DNA of 64,000 bases from Casimicrobiaceae bacterium (GTDB lineage: Bacteria > Pseudomonadota > Gammaproteobacteria > Burkholderiales > Casimicrobiaceae), in contig DASXQW010000384.1 in the NCBI GenBank assembly GCA_036506975.1, positions 125-64,124 on the forward strand. The letters run 5' to 3'. Made by a program: the position numbers and the translations under genes. This document shows, piece by piece, positions 8,391-17,562 of this stretch. The notes beneath the pieces are model-generated. The model ran no database searches and was not told where the DNA came from. It was given only the letters and a program-made list of their open reading frames with translations. The number at the start of each line of letters is the position of its first letter. Within the stretch, counting starts at the first letter, position 1.

Positions 8391-9575
8391 ATGAGACTCA
8401 CTTTCGAACTGCAACGGTGCGCGGCGGCGGCGCTTCTGATCCTGCCCGGATTCGCGTTCGGCCAGATTCACGCGATGCTCAATTATGAGACGAAGTCGCC
8501 GGAATCGCTGAAGGTGCTCAAGACGCCGGTGGCCACGGGCGAGCGCAAGGAAGGCATCGCGGTCATCGACGTCGACCCGAAATCGAAGACGTACGGGCAG
8601 ATCGTAGAGGACATACCGCTACCCGCCGACCTCGTGGCGCATCACATCTTCTACAACCGCGATCAGAGCAAGGCCTATGTCACCGCTCTCGGCAAGAGCG
8701 AGCTGCGCATGATCGACATGAAGAAGCAGCCTTACACCCTCAAAGTGATCGAAGTCCCGGGCTGCAATGTCGGCGAAGACGTGGTGTTTTCCGAAGACAA
8801 CAAGAAGTGGTACCTGAGCTGCATGGGTACGCAGACGATGATCGTCGGCGACGCCGTCGCGGACAAGCCCTTGGGCAACGTAAAGGTGGCCGCTCCCTAT
8901 CCGCATGGCATTGCGATCCATAACGGCATCGACCGGATCCTGCTCACGAGCACGGTGCGGGCTTCGGACCTCGGCGACGCCGGGGAAGTGATCAGTGCGG
9001 TGGAAGCAAGCAGCGGAAAGGTGCTCGGCACCTACAAGGTCTCGAAGAAGCCGTCGCCGTCGGGAGAGGCGCCGGTGGAGATCCTTTTCGTTCCAGGCGC
9101 GAATCCGCCGGTGGCCTACGTCACCAACATGTACGGCGGCACGCTATGGACGGCCACGTGGAATCCGGCGAAAAAGGACTTCGAGGTCGCGCAGGCCTAT
9201 GACTTCTCCACGCAAAACGCGGGCGTTCCGTTGGAGATCTACTTCAACAAGAAAGCGGATCGCATGTACGTCACTACCGCGAAGCCGGGACATCTTCACA
9301 TCTTCGACCTGAGCGCCGGGCCGTCGCAGCCGAAGCTCGTCAAATCGATCGCCACGGCCGAGGGCGCGCACCACGTTGCGTTCACCAAGGACTGGCGCTA
9401 CGCCTTCGTGCAGAACGCTCTCCTCAACCTGCCGGGAATGAGCGATGGATCGGTAACCATCGTCGATTTGAATACGGAAGCCGTGGTCGGCAGCATGGAC
9501 ACGCTCAAGATGAAGGGCTTCAACCCCAACAGCATGGTGCTGCTGCCGCAGTGGAACGATCTCGCGGGGCATTGA
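8391..9575 (+). CDS. Secreted beta-propeller protein (YVTN/lactonase-like repeats)
   Basis: 394 aa with a signal peptide (LLILPGFAFGQ). Repeated motif of the type 'hydrophobic-Y/F-V-T/S-N' (AYVTAL, WYLSCM, ILLTST, AYVTNM, MYVTTA, YAFVQN). Confidence 0.55.
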   Translation: MRLTFELQRCAAAALLILPGFAFGQIHAMLNYETKSPESLKVLKTPVATGERKEGIAVIDVDPKSKTYGQIVEDIPLPADLVAHHIFYNRDQSKAYVTALGKSELRMIDMKKQPYTLKVIEVPGCNVGEDVVFSEDNKKWYLSCMGTQTMIVGDAVADKPLGNVKVAAPYPHGIAIHNGIDRILLTSTVRASDLGDAGEVISAVEASSGKVLGTYKVSKKPSPSGEAPVEILFVPGANPPVAYVTNMYGGTLWTATWNPAKKDFEVAQAYDFSTQNAGVPLEIYFNKKADRMYVTTAKPGHLHIFDLSAGPSQPKLVKSIATAEGAHHVAFTKDWRYAFVQNALLNLPGMSDGSVTIVDLNTEAVVGSMDTLKMKGFNPNSMVLLPQWNDLAGH

Positions 9576-9664
9576 AGGCCTCGCTCAACCCGGCTTGAGA
9601 GACAGGAACAGGAATGCTTGGTCGATGCGGGCGAGGAGCAGTGCCCCGGCCTAAGGTTCCCTAA

Positions 9665-10651
9665 CTAGGCGGCGACGCCGACGACGGCCGCGGCGGACGG
9701 CTGAGGCTTCTGCTCAGCGGTGCCCGCGGCGGCGCGCGGCACGTGCGCGGCAACCAGCGACGCCAGCACGCAGGCGGCCATGCGGACCTCCATCGATTCG
9801 CCGCGGCTGGACAAGACAACAGGGACTGTCGCGCCCAAGGTCACACCGGCCGCGAGCGCGCCAAACATGCCGGTAATCGCGCGCAGCAGCAGCGCGCCCG
9901 CCTCGAGCCCGGGCACGATAAGCACATCCGCGTGGCCGGCAACCTTCGACTCGACGCCGTTGGCGCGCGCCGCGGCGAGGGAAATCGCGCTGTCGGCAGT
10001 CAGCGGCCCGTCGACGGCTCCACCAGTGATCATGCCTTGCGCCGCCATCTTAGCGAGCGCTGCGGCATCCCCGGTAGCCGGCAGCGCCGGCGTCACGCCC
10101 TCAACCGCGCTTAAGACCGCGACCTGCGGTGTCGTGATACCAAGTGCGTGCGCAAAATGGATCGCGTTCTGGACGATGTCGCGCTTGGCAGCGAGCGTTG
10201 GCGCGATGTTCAGCACCGCGTCGGAGAGCACGAACGCGCGCGGGTAGCCGGGCACGTCGATGAAGAACGCGTGCGTCAGCCGACGCTCGCCGCGGAGCCC
10301 TGATTCGGGCGTGGCCACCGCGCGCATGAGGTCGTCGGGATAGAGGCTGCCCTTGATGAGCGCGCGGACTTCGCCGCTCTTGGCCAGCGCCACCGCGCGT
10401 TGTGCTGCCGCAAAGGGTTCGTCCGGGGTGTCGATGAGGTCGATTCGGGAAAGGTCCAGTCCCGCCTGCGCCGCGGCGTCGGCGATACGTTTTTCCGGCC
10501 CGACCAGCACCGGCGCCAGATAACCCGCAAATCGGCCCGACAACGCGATCTGCAGCGAATCGCTGTCGCAGGGGTAAACCATGGCCGCGGGTAGCGGCGG
10601 CAAGTTCCGCACCCGATCGACGAGCTTCTGGAAATGCGGGCGAACGACCAT
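9665..10651 (-). CDS. pta: Phosphate acyltransferase of the PTA_PTB family (phosphate acetyl/butyryltransferase-like), last gene of the taurine operon
   Basis: 328 aa. Matches the PTA_PTB core (GSLYPDDLMRAV..., LSDAVLNIAPT, ADVLIVPGLEAGALL). Lies downstream of tauC in the same orientation. Confidence 0.75.
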   Translation of the reverse strand: MVVRPHFQKLVDRVRNLPPLPAAMVYPCDSDSLQIALSGRFAGYLAPVLVGPEKRIADAAAQAGLDLSRIDLIDTPDEPFAAAQRAVALAKSGEVRALIKGSLYPDDLMRAVATPESGLRGERRLTHAFFIDVPGYPRAFVLSDAVLNIAPTLAAKRDIVQNAIHFAHALGITTPQVAVLSAVEGVTPALPATGDAAALAKMAAQGMITGGAVDGPLTADSAISLAAARANGVESKVAGHADVLIVPGLEAGALLLRAITGMFGALAAGVTLGATVPVVLSSRGESMEVRMAACVLASLVAAHVPRAAAGTAEQKPQPSAAAVVGVAA

Positions 10652-10793
10652 CCAGTGAGCGTGGCAAATGGAGGCGAGGCTGTCAACCCTGCGCCGATGA
10701 CCGGCGCACGGCGGCGGGCAGCCGTCGTCCCGCGGCGTGTTCCGCCGGGGCGTTTGCGCTCCGAGGACTCGCTAACCGACCCCCGCTCGCTGC

Positions 10794-11627
10794 TCACACC
10801 TTCCCCTTCCACGGTACGACGAGGTGCTCGACGTAACGCATCAGCAGGTCGAAGAGGTAGGCGACCGCGCCGATGACCACGATGCCCATGATGACGATGT
10901 CGGTGCGCAGGAAGTTCGACGCATTGAGCACCATCTGCCCCAGGCCCTTCGTGGCCGCGACCATTTCCGCGGCGACCAGCGTGGTCCAGCCGAAACCGAT
11001 CGCGATGCGCATCGCGGTCAGAATCTCGGGCATCGCCGCCGGGACGATGACGTGCCGGATCACCTGCCATTTCGACGCGCCCATGGAATACGCGGCCTGG
11101 ATCTGCTCCTGCGCTACCGAGCGGACGCCAGCGCGAGCGCTCATCGCCAGCGGAGCGAAACAGGCGAGATAGATCAGCAGCACCTTGGACAGCTCGTCGA
11201 TACCGAACCAGATGACGATCAGCGGCAGATACGCAAGCGGCGGCAGCGGCCGGTAGAACTCGATCGGGGGGTCGAAGACGCCGCGCGCGATGCGCGATAC
11301 GCCCATCGCGATGCCGACGGGAATGGCGGTGACGCAAGCGGCGATAAACGCGGTAAAAACCCGGAATATGGACCAGCCGAAATGTTCCGCCAGCGGCGCA
11401 TCGGTCAGCTTGCCGAGCGCGGATTCGTACAAACGCTCGAACACCGTTTCCGGCGTCGGCAGGAACAGCGGCGGCAGCCAGCGGAAATGGCTGGCGAGCC
11501 ACCACAGCGCGACGATGGCGACCATCGTCAACACGCTGATCGCCTTGGCCGATCCCTCGCCGAGCGTTGCGAACCTGGAAGTCTTGGGGCGCTCGTTGCC
11601 GGCGCCGGCTTCTTCGGCCGTCGTCAT
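10794..11627 (-). CDS. tauC: Taurine/sulfonate ABC transporter permease
   Basis: The real start is MTTAEEAG... within the 501-aa track ORF. ATGA overlap with the tauB stop. EAA-like loop ([22 protein letters not shown]) and BPD_transp_1 topology. Confidence 0.85.
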   Translation of the reverse strand: MTTAEEAGAGNERPKTSRFATLGEGSAKAISVLTMVAIVALWWLASHFRWLPPLFLPTPETVFERLYESALGKLTDAPLAEHFGWSIFRVFTAFIAACVTAIPVGIAMGVSRIARGVFDPPIEFYRPLPPLAYLPLIVIWFGIDELSKVLLIYLACFAPLAMSARAGVRSVAQEQIQAAYSMGASKWQVIRHVIVPAAMPEILTAMRIAIGFGWTTLVAAEMVAATKGLGQMVLNASNFLRTDIVIMGIVVIGAVAYLFDLLMRYVEHLVVPWKGKV

Positions 11628-12427
11628 GCGTCGAGTACGGCAGCCGCGGCATCGGGCTCGCGATGCTGTATGACGGCGAGCACCTCCTCGCGTACGCCGA
11701 TGAAATCGGGCGCCGACTTGATCGCCCGGGCGTTGCGCGTGTCGATAAAGCGCCGGCCGAAGTCGATGCGGTATTCGTGCGAGATGCGGCCCGGGCGCGG
11801 CGTCATGACGACCAGATGCGTCGCGAGGAACAACGCCTCCTCGACCGAGTGGGTGATGAAGAAGACCATCTTGCCGGTGCGATGCCAGACGTCGAGGATC
11901 AGCTCCTGCATCGATTCGCGCGTGAACGCGTCGAGCGCGCCCAGCGGCTCGTCCATAAGCATCAGCTCGGGATCGGAGGCGAGCGCCCGGGCGATGCCGA
12001 CGCGCTGCTGCATCCCGCCGGAGAGCTCGTAGATCGCACGCTCGGCGAAATCCTCGAGGCCGACGAGCGTGAGCTTCTCCAGCGCGACCTGGCGCCGCGA
12101 GGCGGCGTCGACCCCGCGCATGCGCAAGCCGAATTCCACGTTGTCGATGACATTGAGCCAGGGCATCAGCGCATGCTTCTGGAACACGACGCCGCGGTCG
12201 GCGCCCGGACCGGTCACGGGCCTGCCATCGAGCTCGATCGTGCCTGCGGTGGCGGGCAGGAAGCCGGCGATGCAATTGAGCAGCGTCGTCTTGCCGCAAC
12301 CCGAGGCGCCGATGGCGACGACGAATTCCCCGGCCTGCATGACAAGGTTGACGTCGGAGAGCGCCTCGACCGTGCCGGTCTTGGTCGCGTAACGGACGCC
12401 GAGATGACCGATGTCGAGCTGGGGCAA
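11624..12427 (-). CDS. tauB: Taurine/sulfonate ABC transporter ATP-binding protein
   Basis: Walker [10 protein letters not shown], signature [15 protein letters not shown], Walker B LMLMDEP. Length is typical of the NitT/TauT family. Confidence 0.9.
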   Translation of the reverse strand: MPQLDIGHLGVRYATKTGTVEALSDVNLVMQAGEFVVAIGASGCGKTTLLNCIAGFLPATAGTIELDGRPVTGPGADRGVVFQKHALMPWLNVIDNVEFGLRMRGVDAASRRQVALEKLTLVGLEDFAERAIYELSGGMQQRVGIARALASDPELMLMDEPLGALDAFTRESMQELILDVWHRTGKMVFFITHSVEEALFLATHLVVMTPRPGRISHEYRIDFGRRFIDTRNARAIKSAPDFIGVREEVLAVIQHREPDAAAAVLDA

Positions 12428-12470
12428 GTCAATATCCCGAGGTAGGTATCAGCGAGGCGGACTGTCCTTC

Positions 12471-12493
12471 GTAGGTGCGAATTTATTCGCACC
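12471..12493. repeat. REP-like palindrome GTAGGTGCGAAT-TT-ATTCGCACC
   Basis: Read directly from the sequence. Same family as the copies at 12679-12726 and 16858-16953. Confidence 0.7.
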
Positions 12494-12632
12494 TCGGCGT
12501 GAACACAAATCGGCGCCGCCTCCGCCGCGCGCGCCCGTTCATAGACGCACGCAGCTACAGGTTGCGCGCGGCCGGCCTCCTCCGGCGGTCACGAGCTTCG
12601 CTCTTCCGCGCTCCGGAGGCCGTAATTCGGCC

Positions 12633-12664
12633 AGAAAAACGGCGGCGCACTTCGCGCCGCCGTT
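12633..12664 (-). terminator. Intrinsic terminator between tauA and tauB
   Basis: The minus strand reads AACGGCGGCGC-GAAGT-GCGCCGCCGTT followed by TTTCTGG, an 11-bp GC stem plus T-run. It lies about 60 nt after the tauA stop and about 200 nt before the tauB start. Confidence 0.6.
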
Positions 12665-12678
12665 GGTGTATCGACGCC

Positions 12679-12726
12679 GTAGGTACGAATTCGCACGCGG
12701 CGCGGGCCGAATAAATTCGGCCCTAC
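12679..12726. repeat. Two REP-like palindromes
   Basis: GTAGGTACGAATTCGCAC is a partial copy. GGGCCGAATAAATTCGGCCCTAC is a full copy in inverted orientation, and it contains the TAG stop codon of tauA on the minus strand. Confidence 0.7.
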
Positions 12727-13724
12727 TTCGCCTTGGTCACCCACTCGGTGGTGACGTTCTTGCTGAAGTCGGGCGCGACCGAAGTGAGCCGTCCCTGCTC
12801 CTTGAGGAAGTTTGCCTGCTGCGCGAGCGCCTTGGTCGCCGCGCCGTTGGCGCCGCCGCCGAGCCATGCCGGGGAGGCCTGTTCCTGCAAACTCGGGAAG
12901 CCGTAGAGCGCCATCGAATCGGGGACATCTTCGGGCTTGGCGCCCGACCACTTGGCGACTGCGGCGACCTTGGCTGGATCGGCGGTCCATCCCTTGGGAT
13001 TGGCGCGATAGTCCGCATCGGCCTTCGCGAGCGCTTTCACCAGCGCGACCATGAACTCCGGGTTCTCCTTGGCGAATTTCTTGGTCACGATCAACCCGTC
13101 GAACGTGCACGCGCCTTTCTTGCAGATGTCGCCCGAGGTCATCAGCACCTTGCCGGTTTTCTTGACTTGGGTCAGTACCGGATCCCAGATGAATGTCGCA
13201 TCGAGGTCCCCGCGCCCCCACGCCGCGGCGATCTCCGGCGGCCGCATGTTGAGCACCTGTGCATCCGTTGCCTTGAGCCCCGCCTGTTGCATCGCATAGA
13301 GCAGTTGGAAATGCGAGGTTGACACGAACGGCGTGCCGATCTTCTTGCCCTTGAGATCGGCGATCGTATTGACGCCGCTCCCGTTGCGGGCAACCAGCGC
13401 TTCCGCCGCGGCGATGTCCTCGAGAATCCAGAACAGGTCGACGTCCATGCCCTGGCTGATCGCGGTCGCTATCCCCGTAGAGCCGACCTCGCCCAACTGC
13501 ACGTCGCCCGAAGCCATCGCCCGGATCACGTCGCCGCCGCCGCCGAACTGGCGCCAGTTGATCTTGAAGCCGGTCGCTTTCTCGATTTCCTGGCTCTGCT
13601 GCACCCAGCGCCATGGATTCATCATGTCCTGATAGGCGAAGGTCACGGTCTTTTGCGCCCACGCAGGCGCTGCAGTCATCACCGTTACCGCCACGAAAAT
13701 CAGTCCTGCCAGCAAGCGTTTCAT
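12723..13724 (-). CDS. tauA: Taurine/sulfonate ABC transporter periplasmic binding protein
   Basis: The real start is MKRLLAGLIFVAVTVMTAAPAWAQ (signal peptide) inside the 432-aa track ORF. NMT1/TauA-like body (TVTFAYQDMMNPW..., GDVQLGEVGSTG). Confidence 0.85.
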   Translation of the reverse strand: MKRLLAGLIFVAVTVMTAAPAWAQKTVTFAYQDMMNPWRWVQQSQEIEKATGFKINWRQFGGGGDVIRAMASGDVQLGEVGSTGIATAISQGMDVDLFWILEDIAAAEALVARNGSGVNTIADLKGKKIGTPFVSTSHFQLLYAMQQAGLKATDAQVLNMRPPEIAAAWGRGDLDATFIWDPVLTQVKKTGKVLMTSGDICKKGACTFDGLIVTKKFAKENPEFMVALVKALAKADADYRANPKGWTADPAKVAAVAKWSGAKPEDVPDSMALYGFPSLQEQASPAWLGGGANGAATKALAQQANFLKEQGRLTSVAPDFSKNVTTEWVTKAK

Positions 13725-13774
13725 GCTCCCTCCATCGGTTGATCCCATCGCCCGTTTTTCCGGTGCCGGTGACG

Positions 13775-15118
13775 CTAGACGGCAGCCAGAGTTGTGCGCA
13801 AGCATTCGACGATCCTGTCGACGTGCTGCTTTTCCGCGATCAACGGCGGCGCAACGATCGCCGAGTCGCCCGTCGTCTTGAGATGCAGTCCGTTGTCGAA
13901 AAGCTTCTTCTGCAGCAGATGGCCGCGCACACCGGGTCCGCCCACGGGATGCAGCTCGATCGCTGCCAGCATGCCGTACCCGCGAAGATCGGCGACGGCG
14001 GGCAGGTCCTTGAGCGTCCACAGGCCGTCGAGGAAATAGGGAGACAAGGCCGCGCCGCGCTCGAACAATCCCTCGTTTCGATAGATGTCGAGAGTCGCCA
14101 AAGCCGCCGCGCAGGGCGCGGGATGCCCCGAGTACGTGTAGCCGTGAAAGAACTCGATCGCGCCTTCCTGCGCCGCGGCGACGATCGTGTCGTGAATGCG
14201 CTCGCTGATCGCAACCGCGCCCATCGGCTGCGCGCCGTTAGTGAGGCCCTTGGCCATGGTCATGACGTCGGGCGTGACGCCGAAGCTCTGCGCCGCGAAC
14301 GCTTTGCCCGTGCGGCCGAAGCCGCAGATCACCTCGTCGAACACGAGCAAAATGCCGTGCTGGTCGCAGATCTCGCGCACGCGATTCAAGTAACCCTTGG
14401 GCGGCACGAGGCAGCCCGTCGATCCCGCAATCGGCTCGATGAAACAGGCGGCGATATTCTCGGCGCCATAGAGCGCAACGAAGCGCTGCAGATCGTCGGC
14501 GAGCTCCGCGCCCTGGAGAGCTTCGCCCCGGGTGAAATAGTTTTCCTTGAGGTGCGTGTGACGCATGTGCGCGATGCCAGGCAGGGTCGGGCCGAACTTG
14601 CGCCGGTTGTTGACGATGCCGGACAGCGCCACGCCGCCGAAGTTGACGCCGTGATAGGCGCGCTCGCGCGAGACAAACATGTTGCGGCCACCCTGGCCGC
14701 GCGCCTGGTGGTAGGCCAATGCGACCTTCATCGCCGTGTCCACCGCTTCCGACCCGGAGTTGACGAAGAAGATGCGGTTCAGATCGCCGGGTGTCAGCTC
14801 CGCGATCCGCCCGGCGAGCTCGAAGCTCTTCGGATGCGCGCGCAGGAACGGCGCGATAAAGTCGAGCTCCAGGAGCTGCCGGTGCACCGCATCGGCAATC
14901 TCCTTCCGGCCGTGACCCGCGTTGACGCAGAACAGGCCCGACGACGCGTCGATGAGCTTCTCGCCGCGATCGTTCCAGTAGTACATACCTTCGGCCCGCA
15001 CGACCATCTTGGGGTCTGACTTGAAGTCGCGGTTCGGCGTGAACGGCATCCAGTACTCGTCGAGCGAGATCCGGCGCGGTTGCAGCTGGTCGCGAAGCGT
15101 GAATTCGGCATGGCCCAT
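13775..15118 (-). CDS. tpa: Class-III (omega) aminotransferase, taurine:pyruvate aminotransferase candidate
   Basis: Start MGHAEFTLRD preceded by a GGAGGA RBS. Motifs DEVICGFGRTG and PLP-Lys MTMAKGLTNG. Resembles omega-amino-acid:pyruvate aminotransferases. First gene of the tau operon, divergent from tauR. Confidence 0.8.
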   Translation of the reverse strand: MGHAEFTLRDQLQPRRISLDEYWMPFTPNRDFKSDPKMVVRAEGMYYWNDRGEKLIDASSGLFCVNAGHGRKEIADAVHRQLLELDFIAPFLRAHPKSFELAGRIAELTPGDLNRIFFVNSGSEAVDTAMKVALAYHQARGQGGRNMFVSRERAYHGVNFGGVALSGIVNNRRKFGPTLPGIAHMRHTHLKENYFTRGEALQGAELADDLQRFVALYGAENIAACFIEPIAGSTGCLVPPKGYLNRVREICDQHGILLVFDEVICGFGRTGKAFAAQSFGVTPDVMTMAKGLTNGAQPMGAVAISERIHDTIVAAAQEGAIEFFHGYTYSGHPAPCAAALATLDIYRNEGLFERGAALSPYFLDGLWTLKDLPAVADLRGYGMLAAIELHPVGGPGVRGHLLQKKLFDNGLHLKTTGDSAIVAPPLIAEKQHVDRIVECLRTTLAAV

Positions 15119-15337
15119 CGTGGTCTCCTCCTGCGGCAAGAGCCGGGGCGGCCGAGAGCTCGGCCGCGGGACAGCCCCTTTGTAGCCCCAATGCGCCGTC
15201 GCGGCTAGAGCCAGTTGTCGGCGCAGCGGTGGGCCAGGGCCGGCGATTTGCCGAGTCGGACGCACATGCGGCATGATGCACCGACGCCGGAACGGCTAGT
15301 CTTAGCCGCGAATCTAGCCCCAGCCCGCTCGCCTCGC

Positions 15338-16852
15338 ATGTCACGCTCTCAAGCACCGATGTGGAACCAGCTGATCCAGCTCACGTTCAAGAGCCAGATC
15401 AGCCTGCAGGCACAGATTCGCGAAATGCTAGTCGCGGCGATCCTCGACGGACACATCCCGGTCGGAGTGCCGCTGCCTTCGACGCGTGCGCTCGCCCAGC
15501 AGCTCGGAGTCGCCCGCAACACGGTCGCGCTCGCCTATGAATTGCTCGTCAACGAGGGCTATCTGCGGACCAAGAGCCGCAGCGGCCACTTCGTCAACGC
15601 CGAAATCCTCGCCGGCCGTGCGGCGCCGCGTCCCCGGCCGGCGGCGCTGCTGGACGCGCCCCCGGCGGCCGCTTGGGAAACGAGAATGCGCTTCTCGGTT
15701 TCGCGTCAGCGCAACATCGTCAAGCCCAAGGATTGGCAGAAATACCCGTATCCGTTCATCTACGGCCAGTTCGATCCGGCGCAGATACCTGTCCCCGGCT
15801 GGCGGGAATGCAGCATGCAGGCGTTGTCGACGGTCGAAGTCCGCGGCTGGGCCGGCGATCTTATCGACGGCGACGATACGCTGCTGGTCGAGCAGATCCA
15901 GACGCGGCTTCTCGGCCGGCGCGGCGTCTGGGCGGCGCCGGACGAGATCCTGGTCACCGTTGGCGCGCAGCATGCACTGTTTCTGCTCGCGACGCTCTTG
16001 GTCGGTACCGCGACAACCGTCGGCGTCGAGGATCCGGGCTATCCCGACGCGCGCAACATCTTCGCTGCGCGCACGCCCAGCGTTGTTGCGTTGCCGCTCG
16101 ACGGCGACGGTCTGGCGCTCTCGGCGGGACTCGACGCCTGCGAGTACGTGTACGTCACGCCTTCGCATCAATGCCCGACGAATGTGACCATGCCGCTCGA
16201 GCGGCGCGCGGCTTTGCTCGACTGGGCCGAGCGTCGAGACCGCGTATTGATCGAGGACGACTACGAGATCGAGCTGGGGTTCGAAGGGCGCGCGCAACCG
16301 GCGTTGAAGAGCCTCGATCGGACTGGCCGCGTTCTCTACGTCAGCAGCCTGTCGAAGACGCTGGCGCCCGGCATCCGGCTGGGATACATCGTCGCCAGCC
16401 GCGAGCTCATCCGCGAGTTGCGGGCTCTGCGGCGCTTGATGCTGCGCCACCCTGCGGCGAACAATGAGCGCTCGGTCGGGCTGTTCCTGGCGATGGGGTA
16501 TCACGATGCCTTGCTCCGCCGCCTCAAGCAGACCTACGCCGAGCGCGCGCCGGCGGTCGCTTCTGCGCTGGCAAGGCACCTGCCGGACGTGGCGTTCCGG
16601 ACTGTGGCCGGGGCGTCGTCGTTCTGGCTCAGATTCCCCGACGATGTCGATACCCGGGCGCTCGCGGCGGCCGCTGAGCGCCATGGCGTTTTGATCGAGC
16701 CGGGAGACGTGTTTTTCGCTACCGACCGACCGCCAAGAAACTACGCGCGTCTGGGCTTTGCATCCATTGCGAACGAGCGCATCGAGCCGGGCCTCGCTGC
16801 ATTGGCGGCGGCCTACGCGCAGGTCACCGCGACCCACGCTGCCGCGCGGTGA
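15338..16852 (+). CDS. tauR: MocR/GntR-family PLP-domain transcriptional regulator (TauR-like)
   Basis: N-terminal wHTH (STRALAQQLGVARNTVALAYELLVNEGYL) fused to an aminotransferase-like domain with SSLSKTLAPGIRLGY. The start may be ATG 15338 or 15359. Confidence 0.8.
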   Translation: MSRSQAPMWNQLIQLTFKSQISLQAQIREMLVAAILDGHIPVGVPLPSTRALAQQLGVARNTVALAYELLVNEGYLRTKSRSGHFVNAEILAGRAAPRPRPAALLDAPPAAAWETRMRFSVSRQRNIVKPKDWQKYPYPFIYGQFDPAQIPVPGWRECSMQALSTVEVRGWAGDLIDGDDTLLVEQIQTRLLGRRGVWAAPDEILVTVGAQHALFLLATLLVGTATTVGVEDPGYPDARNIFAARTPSVVALPLDGDGLALSAGLDACEYVYVTPSHQCPTNVTMPLERRAALLDWAERRDRVLIEDDYEIELGFEGRAQPALKSLDRTGRVLYVSSLSKTLAPGIRLGYIVASRELIRELRALRRLMLRHPAANNERSVGLFLAMGYHDALLRRLKQTYAERAPAVASALARHLPDVAFRTVAGASSFWLRFPDDVDTRALAAAAERHGVLIEPGDVFFATDRPPRNYARLGFASIANERIEPGLAALAAAYAQVTATHAAAR

Positions 16853-16857
16853 TCACC

Positions 16858-16953
16858 GTGCGAATCAATTCGCAGCTGCCAGATTCCGAACGGCCCTCGT
16901 AGGGCGGAATTTATTCGGCCGCGGCGGCTGTGTGCGAATGACTTCGCATCTAC
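16858..16953. repeat. Cluster of three REP-like palindromes in the tauR/ahpD convergent spacer
   Basis: GTGCGAATCAATTCGCAG (16858-16875), GTAGGGCGGAATTTATTCGGCC (16899-16920) and GTGCGAATGACTTCGCATCTAC (16932-16953). The last copy carries the ahpD stop codon. Confidence 0.7.
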
Positions 16954-17498
16954 GGGGTCGCGACCGCTTCCGGCGTTTCGACGCGCTCAACCGCCAAAAC
17001 TTGGGCGACAGCGTTGACGACGGCGGCGATGCGTCCGACATCGCGCAGTTGCTCCGTGCTGAAGCCGTTTTCGCGCAGCAGCTTGTAGTGCGACTGGATG
17101 CAGAACTCACACTTGCCGACGATCGACGCCGCAAGCGCGTAGAGCTCGAAGCTCGGCCTGTCGACACCGCCGTGCGTAGCGTAGGCGTTCATGCGCAGTT
17201 CCGGCCGCACTGTCTTCAGCGCGGGGTCGGCCGCCATTTCTACATACGGATACCAGACGTTGTTCATGCCCATGAGTGCGGCGGCGGTCAGTGCGGCCTG
17301 TGCCTGCGCCGGGTCGGATGCGCCGTCGCGCAAGGCCGCAACCAGCGACGCCGATTTCGCCGCAAAAGCTGCAGCCAGCGCCGCGCCGTTCGCCTGCGCC
17401 GGCGTCAAGCTCGAGCGGTTGAGCACCGCGTCGAGGTTGAGCCGCAGATCCTTGGCATAGTCGGGGATGCGATCCTTGATCGATTGCAAGGTTTCCAT
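16950..17498 (-). CDS. ahpD: Alkyl hydroperoxide reductase AhpD (carboxymuconolactone decarboxylase fold)
   Basis: 182 aa. CxxC motif GKCEFCIQSH. Lies downstream of ahpC. Confidence 0.9.
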   Translation of the reverse strand: METLQSIKDRIPDYAKDLRLNLDAVLNRSSLTPAQANGAALAAAFAAKSASLVAALRDGASDPAQAQAALTAAALMGMNNVWYPYVEMAADPALKTVRPELRMNAYATHGGVDRPSFELYALAASIVGKCEFCIQSHYKLLRENGFSTEQLRDVGRIAAVVNAVAQVLAVERVETPEAVATP

Positions 17499-17562
17499 GA
17501 GTAGTCCTTGGTTGGATGCGATTCTTTATCTACGAGGCGCCTTGGAAAGCGTAACGAGCGGG

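Noticed and set aside
8391-9575. Selenium-binding-protein/methanethiol oxidase (SBP56) assignment for the secreted beta-propeller.
   Set aside because: It has only a vague resemblance, its length is shorter than SBP56, and I cannot verify the conserved metal-binding motifs by eye. It is left as a generic beta-propeller.
10794-12299. Track ORFs with long N-terminal extensions, taken at face value: 10794-12299, 12723-14021, 13775-15274, 19474-21558, 32103-34667, 38838-41348, 42817-44763, 43695-46235, 47284-48876 and 52222-53535.
   Set aside because: The extensions read through upstream genes in another frame and are compositionally junk. Internal starts coincide with family N-termini, signal peptides, RBS-like sequences or ATGA stop/start overlaps, so the genes were trimmed.
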